Assembly: GCA_016209985.1 (NCBI GenBank)
Contig: JACQVB010000022.1
Location: 1,664-65,663, forward strand
From: Gemmatimonadota bacterium
GTDB taxonomy: Bacteria; Gemmatimonadota; Gemmatimonadetes; Gemmatimonadales; GWC2-71-9
Direction: 5' to 3'
Length of the DNA stretch: 64,000 nt
Shown one piece after another: positions 20,045-28,197 of the stretch (position 1 is its first letter; every line of letters starts with the position of its first letter). The position numbers and the translations under genes were made by a program. A model generated the notes under the pieces. It ran no database searches, was not told where the DNA came from, and was given only the letters and a program-made list of their open reading frames with translations.

Positions 20045-21955
20045 CTAGCTGCGGCGCTTTCCTTTGGGATGAAACATCGCGTCGATGTTTCCCTCAACCA
20101 TCCGAATCAGCTTCGTCTGTCGTTCTTTGGTGAGCCCTGAGGCCACAGCCACGTCGGCAATATTCGTTCGGATGCGATCGCCCAGGTCCTTCGCTCGATC
20201 CAGCGCTTCGGCGCGACTCCATCCAAACCGGCGAGCCAGGACAGCAAAATCCTCGGTACGCAGATTGTTCTGACGCCCATTCAGGGTGAGCGCAAATCCG
20301 TCGCCAGGAATTACGAGTCGAGTCGCGACAAGATCGTAGAGGGGCGCATAACGGGTGCCCGTTTGGACTGGGGGCCTTCCGAGACGGCCGGGTTGGATGC
20401 TACGAGCAACCGAGATGTTCTTGGCGTGCAGATCCCCGTTCCCAATCAGCCACGAGTACAGCACGTGGTCGAAATGCAACTTCAAGTCCGCTGGTGACAG
20501 TGCCATTCCGACGAGCGCCGTCAGTACTTGCTCGTGAGATGGATCGTATTTGTCCTCACGGCGAATTCCCAACACCGATGCGAGATCCTCAACAAGCAAC
20601 AACTCGTCCACATCAAGGCTCGTGGGCAGATCGAACCGTTCAACCAGAAGCGCCGGCGATTGGAGCAGGCTCCCTTCCTGAAACTGCACCCTCCTCACGG
20701 CCGGAACCGGTAGTGCAACGCGTCTCGCGAGTTCCATCATCGCCCACTCGTTTTCCACGAGCTGCGGGTATTCCCGCGAAGCGAACTTGAGAATGTGGGT
20801 AGTCGAGTGGTGTAGATCGCCGAGTCCAAGCCTCACGCCGGAGCTGAGCATGTCGAGATGCACCGGCAGCTTGGGCTGGATTCCGGAGAGCCGTGTCGCG
20901 CCCCGCCGGCGAAGCTCTAACCACAGTTCGGTTGTATCGGGGTCTTTCCCGATCGTCTCGGAAACGTCCAAGACGGCGGCCGAGTCAGTCGTCAATCGCT
21001 CGAGGGGATCCTCGATCGTATCAAGCACGAGCGTGGAAGCATCGAAGTCCTGCGGCCTGAGGGTAAGGTTACTGAGATATTTCTGGGTGGTCTTAAGAAT
21101 CGCGTAAGAATCTTCGCGCGAAATCTTGTGAGTCGCTCGAAGCTGCGCTTCAGCCCAACCCTCAGGCAACAGGTTATCGAGGAACGGCGGCAGCTCGCGC
21201 CCTTCGTATGCAGGGATCCGGCTTCGTGGCAAACCGCTCAGCTCGATGTTCCACGCTGGATCATAGGTGAAACGGAATTCCCCGTGCACCAGAGCCTCCA
21301 AGCGCCCGACTCTCCAGTGGTAGAAGAAGAGATCGAGACTTTCGCCTCGAGGCAGCGGTGTAGTTCCCGCCCGCGCCAGGGATTCTTGCACACGGACATA
21401 TCGCTCATAGGCGTTCGCCAGCTTGTTGCGGGCTGCAAACGCCGACGCGCGTTCCCAGTCAGCGCTCGGCAGGTTTCCGATGAGTGTACGGACCGCCTCT
21501 TCCGGCAACCCTCGCTCGGGTTGCCGCGCATCTCGAGCAAGCACCTCGAACACCGTTTGCAGGGGAGAACTAACCTGGACGCTGGCAGGCGTGCCCTCGG
21601 CGCTAATGCGCGGAGCCACCAGAGTCCGCAATCGAAGCGTGACCGTTTCCGGATGGGGCAGAGCGCGTAAGCGCTTGATGGTCAGCCCGGGAAGTTTTAA
21701 GGGAGTTCGCTTCCCATGACCAGATATGAAGACTACGCCCTGCGTTGGTTGAAGAGTCGCGGCAGTGCTGTGCGACACGTACCAATCCGGGTATGACGCG
21801 CCGAGAATGGCAAGAAAATGTTCACCCACGATGCTTTCTAGAGACCGGTCGAATTCGTCGGTGTAAATGCCGTGGGCTACCCGCCTGATCGCCTTGCGAT
21901 CGGCTCCGGTGTTGAGTGCTTCGGTGTCGGAGCGTGTTTGTGGGATGTAGAGCAT
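20045..21955 (-). CDS. HipA-family Ser/Thr kinase (toxin-like) with ~210-aa N-terminal extension
   Basis: RLSGIQPKLP, GNGDLHAKNISV and PLYDLV are HipA hallmarks in the C-terminal ~420 aa. At 636 aa it is well above the ~440 aa of canonical HipA. No adjacent hipB. Confidence 0.8.
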   Translation of the reverse strand: MLYIPQTRSDTEALNTGADRKAIRRVAHGIYTDEFDRSLESIVGEHFLAILGASYPDWYVSHSTAATLQPTQGVVFISGHGKRTPLKLPGLTIKRLRALPHPETVTLRLRTLVAPRISAEGTPASVQVSSPLQTVFEVLARDARQPERGLPEEAVRTLIGNLPSADWERASAFAARNKLANAYERYVRVQESLARAGTTPLPRGESLDLFFYHWRVGRLEALVHGEFRFTYDPAWNIELSGLPRSRIPAYEGRELPPFLDNLLPEGWAEAQLRATHKISREDSYAILKTTQKYLSNLTLRPQDFDASTLVLDTIEDPLERLTTDSAAVLDVSETIGKDPDTTELWLELRRRGATRLSGIQPKLPVHLDMLSSGVRLGLGDLHHSTTHILKFASREYPQLVENEWAMMELARRVALPVPAVRRVQFQEGSLLQSPALLVERFDLPTSLDVDELLLVEDLASVLGIRREDKYDPSHEQVLTALVGMALSPADLKLHFDHVLYSWLIGNGDLHAKNISVARSIQPGRLGRPPVQTGTRYAPLYDLVATRLVIPGDGFALTLNGRQNNLRTEDFAVLARRFGWSRAEALDRAKDLGDRIRTNIADVAVASGLTKERQTKLIRMVEGNIDAMFHPKGKRRS

Positions 21956-21969
21956 GAAAGTGCTACTTT

Positions 21970-22059
21970 AGTCAATAAGTTATCGTACATATTAACCATA
22001 GTAGCATATCCGTCAAGGCCTCAATGCTAGTTGGGTCAACAAGTACACAGACTTATTGA
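21970..22059. promoter_or_regulatory. AT-rich leader with three GTCAAYAAGT motifs (candidate operator) upstream of the hipA-like gene
   Basis: gtcaataagt at 21970-21979, gtcaacaagt at 22034-22043, and inverted acttattgac at 22050-22059. The latter two form a 10-6-10 inverted repeat. Confidence 0.4.
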
Positions 22060-22080
22060 CCAAAATCGCACTTTACCTCT

Positions 22081-22480
22081 CTATGGTCTCGAGTGCGGTG
22101 TCACCGGGATCGGGAACCTGGAGTCCGGCGTGCTTCGCACCAGCCTGAACCGTTCGGTGTCCATCGTGGAAGATCCCTCGATCCCCAGCATCGTGATCTT
22201 CTTCTTTTCGAACCGGGTGAGCGCCACGTTCCTGGCGATTTTCGCGAGCCACGCGCCGAAGGAGAACCGGGGATCGTACTTGACAAGAGCGCGGTGGGCG
22301 CGGCGGAAGGTTTCCTGCGCCGCGGAGTCGGCGACATCCCACTGACCGACGATGCGCATCACCAGCTCGATCTGTTCGTGGTAGCGGTCGTAGAGCTTGC
22401 GAAACGCGAGCTCATCGTCCTGCAGCGCCAGTTTGACGAGCTGCTGGTCGGTCGGACGCGGACCAAGGGGGGTGCGTCAC
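22081..22480 (-). pseudogene. ECF sigma-70 family gene, frameshifted near the start and lacking region 4
   Basis: ..TDQQLVKLALQDDELAFRKLYDRYHEQI...AQETFRRAHRALVKYDPRFSFGAWLAKIARN is sigma region 2. The GTG at 22480 is out of frame because of a G6 run (22467-22472), where repeat copy A has G5. The ORF ends at the AT-rich junction with no region 4. Confidence 0.65.
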
Positions 22481-22520
22481 GGGCAGAAAACGGGATGTGG
22501 CGGGGCCCGCGTCCAGCACA
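22438..22520. repeat. Direct repeat copy B (~85 bp), the native 5' end of the sigma-factor gene
   Basis: Aligns with 19944-20027. Confidence 0.7.
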
Positions 22521-22598
22521 GCACCCCCAATTCGCTCGCGTTCGTGATGCCGATGTATCGCCTCGAGGTAGGCGAAGAGCTTTCCCTGGGAATACCTG

Positions 22599-23738
22599 CT
22601 AATCATTCTCCTCTGGCCAGGACGCCGGCAGGCCAAGCACTTCGCCTGGACTTCTTCCAGCCGCGACCCTCAGGTGCCCATCAACCACCCTACTGAAGTC
22701 GAAGGGTAACACTCCATCAGGCAGCTCTTTCTTTGCCCAGGGATTGAGGAATACCGCTATCCTGCTCCGGCTGACGCTCCAGGGTTGGACCGAGGTGACG
22801 AGAACTGCGCTTATGCGGGTGTTTATCGGGCCAGTACTACCCATGAAGAAGCCATCGCGCGCGCGGCTCGGGCGCCCCTCTCTGGTGTCAACGTCAATAA
22901 CAACTTGCTCAGACCCGAACAGCGCCCCGATCACGTCATCACGGTCAGCCCCCCATTTTGTCTGAGTGTTGATGGCCAAGACGACAGGAACCTCGGCAGG
23001 ACCGAACTTCTTTGCCTTCTCCGCAAGACGGTCGCGGATGGACTCCTGGTCGCGAACCAAGCCTCCTGCTACTGGGTAGATGCCGATGGAGCGGACGCCC
23101 GGCTTCCCCCGCGCAGCATTCTTGGGAATGGGCCGAATGACGAGCCGGACCCTTTGGTCTTCCAAGACCCACTTGGGCAGGGTCTCGAGGTCACATTGCT
23201 GAAGTTCGGCGAGGCTCTCGTAGTCCGCCATCTCTATCTGGCTTGTGACGAACTGAGTAATCGCCCGGATGGACGGCTGCTGTGGACCCTTGATCTCGAA
23301 TTCGACTACTTCGAGGAAGTAGTCCGGTGAGGGGACCTGATTGATCGCATCCAAGATGGCGCCGACCATTGCCCTCCTGCCACGGTCCGCGTGCGACGCT
23401 CCACCCACGACTGACGCCTCGACTAGGAACTCGCTCTCGCCGCAACAGCCGAAATCGGGGCGCCCGCCCGCACGTTCAGGCTCAACTTCTGGAGCAAGTC
23501 TCAGGACATGGAATAGTTCGTGGAGGTAGAGCTCGAAAAAGGCTGATGAGAAATCATCGGCCACCATTCTCCGCAACAGCGCCGACTGTTTCGATGCGGG
23601 GTAGCGGTCGAACCAGCTCTGGAGCTCACGCCTGATCGCTTCGCAGCCGGGCTTGGCGCAACGGTCAAGGAATGCGTACGTCGATTCGGTGTGTCTGCTG
23701 GGGCTTGGGTCTGTCCTTGGAACGGCAGAGAAGAGCAT
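22599..23738 (-). CDS. Hypothetical protein (380 aa), last gene of the fic-hsdM-hsdS operon
   Basis: ATG at 23738 lies 13 nt after the hsdS stop. No Walker motif. Contains RPDF-x10-LVEAS, weakly reminiscent of a PD-(D/E)xK core. No family recognised. Confidence 0.6.
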   Translation of the reverse strand: MLFSAVPRTDPSPSRHTESTYAFLDRCAKPGCEAIRRELQSWFDRYPASKQSALLRRMVADDFSSAFFELYLHELFHVLRLAPEVEPERAGGRPDFGCCGESEFLVEASVVGGASHADRGRRAMVGAILDAINQVPSPDYFLEVVEFEIKGPQQPSIRAITQFVTSQIEMADYESLAELQQCDLETLPKWVLEDQRVRLVIRPIPKNAARGKPGVRSIGIYPVAGGLVRDQESIRDRLAEKAKKFGPAEVPVVLAINTQTKWGADRDDVIGALFGSEQVVIDVDTREGRPSRARDGFFMGSTGPINTRISAVLVTSVQPWSVSRSRIAVFLNPWAKKELPDGVLPFDFSRVVDGHLRVAAGRSPGEVLGLPASWPEEND

Positions 23739-23751
23739 AAGCACGAGAGAA

Positions 23752-24885
23752 TCAGACCCCAAACGCCCGCTGCGCCAGCGAGTCGAAGAGCTGATCAGCG
23801 GACTCCTCAGCGCCCCTGAGCTCGGAGCGCGTTTTCTCGCACGCTCGCACAATGTCTGAAAATCGCTTCTGGAGTCGGAGCGGGGGAACTGGTATCCGAA
23901 CTTCTCTGGCACTCCCGATATTGAAATGAGTCTGCACAGCACCGGTGGAGCCAGCAATGGAGTCTGCGTCCCCTAGGCGAGTGTTAAGAACCTCGCAAAG
24001 GTACTGCGGTTCGATTCGAGTGCCGCACGTCATCACGATTAGGTCTGCACAGTTTGCTTCCTTCAATGATTCCGGAATCACTGCAGTGACGCCCGGCGCG
24101 CCCGTTCTAACCGACACCACGTCATTGGGCAGTAATCGAGACTTGGAAATGCTTGCGTGGAACTCTGGCGAGACAAACATCAACTCGTCGAGTTGAATGC
24201 GCCCCCGTCTAACGTTCAATGACCGAAGCATTGACACACCTGTAGACTGATACTTATCGGTGAGAGGCCCTACAAATCCGACCGTTACTCTTGAGCAAAG
24301 GTTCCCCAGTAGGTCGGTTCCCCATTCCCTTTCATTCTTCACCGGATCCCCAAACATCTCCAAGAACTCCGAGCGCAAGAAATCATCCAGCAACCCCAGG
24401 CTCTCCCGCCGCTTCCGCCGCACCGCATCCGCCTTGCCCAATACCGCCGCGATCCGCTGCTGCTCGGCGAGGGGCGGAAGGGCGAGTGGCAAAGACTCCA
24501 CGGCCTCTCGCGTCACCTGCTTGAATGTCGATCCCCGCGCGCGACCTTCAAGAGTCGACCTGACTGAGGCAAGCCAGTGCCACAAGTAACCCTTGTCCAG
24601 ACGGGCAGTATGCACCCTCAATGCAGCCACTCCACGCCCCAGACAATACCGACGATCAGACCAGTTTCGCTCACCGACCGTCGCGCGAACGCACAGGAGG
24701 ATGTCGCCAACCTCGGACATCCTGCTCGGTTGCGTTGTAAAGCGCTTGGGCTGCGGCTCCAAGGTTCCAAAATCACCGGCGCCGGCAAGGAGCGGGAAAC
24801 CGTCGCCCGAAGAGTTGTAAGACTCACCTGGGGGTGCTTGGCCCATCACGACGTCGCAAACGGCCCCGAGCGTCGCCACGTTCAC
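23752..24885 (-). CDS. hsdS: Type I restriction-modification specificity subunit
   Basis: Two target-recognition halves, each followed by a conserved helix (LPPLAEQQRIAAVLGKAD..., PVPPLRLQKRFSDIV...). Overlaps the hsdM stop. Confidence 0.9.
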   Translation of the reverse strand: MNVATLGAVCDVVMGQAPPGESYNSSGDGFPLLAGAGDFGTLEPQPKRFTTQPSRMSEVGDILLCVRATVGERNWSDRRYCLGRGVAALRVHTARLDKGYLWHWLASVRSTLEGRARGSTFKQVTREAVESLPLALPPLAEQQRIAAVLGKADAVRRKRRESLGLLDDFLRSEFLEMFGDPVKNEREWGTDLLGNLCSRVTVGFVGPLTDKYQSTGVSMLRSLNVRRGRIQLDELMFVSPEFHASISKSRLLPNDVVSVRTGAPGVTAVIPESLKEANCADLIVMTCGTRIEPQYLCEVLNTRLGDADSIAGSTGAVQTHFNIGSAREVRIPVPPLRLQKRFSDIVRACEKTRSELRGAEESADQLFDSLAQRAFGV

Positions 24886-26435
24886 CGCAGCAACTCCTCC
24901 AGAGTGTCCAAGTCCCCCCTTATCTGCCCTTCTGTTTCTCTGAGTCTCTTGAGGATCTCGCTAGGTGGTTCGTGCTTGGATTCCGCGTAGGCCGTCTCTT
25001 TGTACCGATTGATCGCCAGGTCGTATTTGTTCTCCCGAATCTCCTCCACCGGCACAAAAAAGGCCTTCTCTGTCCGGTCCGTATCCCCCTTTGGATCCCT
25101 CGCCTTCCACCTCGCAATCACATCCGGAATATCATTCTCGGCCACCTTCTCCCGCTTGTCGTCCAGCGAGTAGCCGTCGGCCTGCATGTCGTAGTACCAG
25201 ACGCGCTCAGTCTTGCCGCCTTTGACGAAGATCAGCGCCGCGGTGCTCACGCCGGCGTAGGGCTTGAACACGCCCGCCGGCATCTTCACGATGCCCTGAA
25301 GCTCGCACTCCTCGATCAGCATCTTCCGCAGGTCCCGACGCGCATTGCTCGAACCGAACAGCACCCCGTCCGGCACGATTACGCCGGCCCGTCCGCCGAG
25401 GCGCAACAGATTGATCATCCGGTTCACAAACAGCAGCTCCGTCTTGGTCGTCTTGAGCCGCAAGTCCTCGTTGAGGTCACCCTTGTCGATGCTGCCTTTG
25501 AAGGGCGGATTCGCGAGGACGACGTCGTAGCGGTCCTTTTCGGTGTAGCTCTTGGAGAGCGTATCCTTGTAGCCAAGCTGCGGGTGGTCGATGCCATGGA
25601 GCAGGAGGTTCATCAGGCCGATCCGCACCATCGTGGTGTCGAAGTCGTAACCGAAAAACGTCTGCTCCTTGAGCGCCTTCCATTGCCGCGGGTCGCCGAG
25701 GTTGTCTCCCACCAGACCCCGTTCGATCCCGTCCTCGCCCATGAAGCGATGCCCCTTGCTGGTGTGCTGGGTGAGGATGTGCTGAAAGGCTCCGAGCAGA
25801 AATCCCCCGGTGCCGCAGGCCGGATCGCAGATCCCCTCTCCCAGCCTGGGGTCAACCAGCGAGACGATCATCTGAATGATGTGCCTCGGCGTGCGGAACT
25901 GGCCGTTCTTCCCGGCCGAAGCGATTTCGGAGAGCAGGTGTTCGTAGAGATCACCCTGGACATCCTGGAACCCCTGCCCCGCCTGCTGCTCCCGCTCGAT
26001 CTCGGCGTAGATCTCGTCAATGATTCCGACCGCCTCGACCAGCAGCGACGCCTTGGGGATGATGAAAACGGCATCCTGCATGTACTGCGTGAATATCTGG
26101 CCGCCGTTCTTGAGGGTCTTGATGAACGGAAAGACGTTGTCGCGGACGTGGTCCAGCATTTCCTCGGCGGGCAGGTGGCGAAACTTGCCCCAGCGCAGCT
26201 CCTCGCGCGAACGCCTGGCACCTTTCCTGGTCTCGTATTTCCCGGCGAAGAGGGACTTGAACTCTCTGCCCGTGAACTCGGCGTCCCCTCGTTCCTTCTC
26301 ATCGAGCGCGTCCAGCCGGCGCATGAAGAGGAGATAGCTGATCTGCTCGATGGCGGTGAGCGGATTGGCGATGCCACCGGACCAGAACTTGTCCCATAGC
26401 GCATCGGTTCTTGACCGCAGGATTCCGCTCAGCAT
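24882..26435 (-). CDS. hsdM: Type I restriction-modification N6-adenine DNA methyltransferase subunit
   Basis: N-terminal HsdM_N-like region, SAM motif DPACGTGGFL, catalytic motif NPPF. Confidence 0.9.
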   Translation of the reverse strand: MLSGILRSRTDALWDKFWSGGIANPLTAIEQISYLLFMRRLDALDEKERGDAEFTGREFKSLFAGKYETRKGARRSREELRWGKFRHLPAEEMLDHVRDNVFPFIKTLKNGGQIFTQYMQDAVFIIPKASLLVEAVGIIDEIYAEIEREQQAGQGFQDVQGDLYEHLLSEIASAGKNGQFRTPRHIIQMIVSLVDPRLGEGICDPACGTGGFLLGAFQHILTQHTSKGHRFMGEDGIERGLVGDNLGDPRQWKALKEQTFFGYDFDTTMVRIGLMNLLLHGIDHPQLGYKDTLSKSYTEKDRYDVVLANPPFKGSIDKGDLNEDLRLKTTKTELLFVNRMINLLRLGGRAGVIVPDGVLFGSSNARRDLRKMLIEECELQGIVKMPAGVFKPYAGVSTAALIFVKGGKTERVWYYDMQADGYSLDDKREKVAENDIPDVIARWKARDPKGDTDRTEKAFFVPVEEIRENKYDLAINRYKETAYAESKHEPPSEILKRLRETEGQIRGDLDTLEELLR

Positions 26436-26445
26436 CCGATCTCCT

Positions 26446-27495
26446 TCAAGCCTTTACCGGTACCCATTTGGCTCCTGGACCTCGCCCGAGCTGCTGAAGC
26501 TGGCCTGCGTTCCTCAATCCGCGGAGGACGCGGCGCACCATTTCCCGGCTCACGCCGGGACATTCCGCCTCGATGTCAGCGATGCCAAACGCGCGGGTGC
26601 GACGGGCCACCGCTTGCTCCACCAGATCGGTTTTGGCCCCGCGGCCCGCTCGAATCGTGCCGACTCTGGCTTCGAACTCCTTGTACGCGGCGAGCACCAC
26701 CCCCCAGAAATACGTGATCCAGGGAATCACATCGTGTCGGCCCTGATGCCACCCAACCGAGCTGGCTTCTAGGGTCTCGTAGTAGCTCTCCTTCGACTCC
26801 TCGAAGATGCGCTCGAGACTGATGTAGCGCCCCACCTCGTACTGAAAGTGGTAGAGCAACAGGAGGGTCAGCAGCCGAGCCATCCGGCCGTTCCCATCAC
26901 TGAAGGGGTGAATGCACAGGAAGTCGAGCACGGCGAGCGGGACCAGGACCAGCGGCTCACGGTTCCGGTCCAGCGCCCGGGCGTAGCGCTCCACCAATTG
27001 CTCCATCGCGCCCGGAGTGGAGACCGGTGCTACCGGCGTGAAACGAATCCGGTGCAACGATCCATCCGGCGTTCGCTCCACAATCTCGTTTTGCGTGCTC
27101 TTCCACCGCCCGCCGGGAGTGGGGAGGTAGCGATAGAGGAGTTGATGGAGTTGCAAAACCACGTTGATACTGAAATGCATGTCGCCATGGGCTTCATGGA
27201 TCAGGACAAGGGCATCGCGATACCCCGCGATCTCCTGCTCCGAACGATTGGCGGCCGCCGTGGGCTTCTTGACCACCGCTTCCACCCGATCCCGTGGCGC
27301 CGTGACACCCTCCAGCCGATTGGAGGACTCGGCGGATTCAACGATCGCGCGCTCGAGGAGTCCGGACAGCACGTCCGGGGTTTGCTTCCGGAAAAGCTCC
27401 TGCTTACCCCGGAACTCCCGCAACGCGCCGAGCGTGGAGGCGTGGTCGGCGGTTAACCGGAGACCATCGAGATATGAATCCGCCAGCGAGTGCAT
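26446..27495 (-). CDS. fic: Fic/DOC family protein with intrinsic inhibitory motif and C-terminal winged-helix-like tail
   Basis: Fic motif HPFSDGNGRMAR. N-terminal SNRLEG fits the (S/T)xxxE(G/N) inhibitory helix. The C-terminal ..REMVRRVLRGLRNAGQLQQLGRGPGAKW looks HTH-like. Confidence 0.9.
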   Translation of the reverse strand: MHSLADSYLDGLRLTADHASTLGALREFRGKQELFRKQTPDVLSGLLERAIVESAESSNRLEGVTAPRDRVEAVVKKPTAAANRSEQEIAGYRDALVLIHEAHGDMHFSINVVLQLHQLLYRYLPTPGGRWKSTQNEIVERTPDGSLHRIRFTPVAPVSTPGAMEQLVERYARALDRNREPLVLVPLAVLDFLCIHPFSDGNGRMARLLTLLLLYHFQYEVGRYISLERIFEESKESYYETLEASSVGWHQGRHDVIPWITYFWGVVLAAYKEFEARVGTIRAGRGAKTDLVEQAVARRTRAFGIADIEAECPGVSREMVRRVLRGLRNAGQLQQLGRGPGAKWVPVKA

Positions 27496-27530
27496 CAGTA
27501 CGACTCAGAACAAAAAGGGGTAATGAAGTA

Positions 27531-27584
27531 TAATAGTGGTAATAACATCGCATTATTACCACTATTCGTCAAACTATTACCACT
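27531..27584. promoter_or_regulatory. Candidate operator/promoter upstream of fic: 14-bp perfect inverted repeat plus a third half-site
   Basis: aatagtggtaataa-N8-ttattaccactatt, then actattaccact 7 nt further. The segment is AT-rich and lies 36-90 nt upstream of the fic ATG. Confidence 0.45.
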
Positions 27585-27586
27585 TC

Positions 27587-28197
27587 TCACGCCACCAGCC
27601 GGCCGGTGAATCTCAGGATGTCTTCGATGTCGGAGGCCGAGAAGAGGCCTCGTGCCCCCTTGGGATGAAGCTGGGTGAACGGCGGGTCAACCAGGTTCTT
27701 CCGGTTTACCTCGCCTCTCTGGAGCAGGAACGTTCGCAGGGTTTGGAGAAAGCGGAGCTGGAGCGAGGAATAGTTCGAGTGCTCAGCCATGAAGCCCTCG
27801 AACTCGCGCGTCACGAAGGTTGACCACCGTTCCAGCGGCTGCACGCCCCGGACGTGCCTGATGAGCTGGACGAAGCTCGCCTGGCGAACGTCGTAGACCT
27901 TCGGGCAACCAGGTTCACACCCAACGGCAATTCGGAGACTTGTTCGACGATGGAAAGGCGGAGCGCTTCGACGGCGTCGCGATTCGCGGCCAGCAGTGCC
28001 GTTCCCAGCTCCACGATGTCGGTTTCGAAGCGTAGGGCCTTGAAATCCGCGTCCGACTTGGCCCGCATGATCGGCGCGATGGTCTGGCGGAGAAGTGCCA
28101 GATCACGGCGCCTAAGGCGGGACCAGAAACCATCCTCGCGGGCGACCGCCAAGTCGCCCTGTCGTTCCAGGAAGCAGCACGAGGAAAGGCCCGACAC
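27587..28197 (-). pseudogene. hsdR: C-terminal remnant of the type I restriction subunit HsdR (EcoEI_R_C-like), also frameshifted
   Basis: Two ORF pieces in different frames. ..LRQTIAPIMRAKSDADFKALRFETDIVELG.. and ..SSLQLRFLQTLRTFLLQRGEVNRKNLVDPPFTQLHPKGARGLF.. match the HsdR C-terminal domain pattern. The helicase and nuclease parts are absent. Confidence 0.7.

Noticed and set aside
22081-22362. Intact small sigma-like protein starting at the GTG/ATG of the 93-aa ORF.
   Set aside because: Sigma region 2 homology continues ~35 codons upstream of that start into a frame closed by a stop at 22479-22477, and region 4 is missing. A pseudogene explains this better than a functional mini-sigma.
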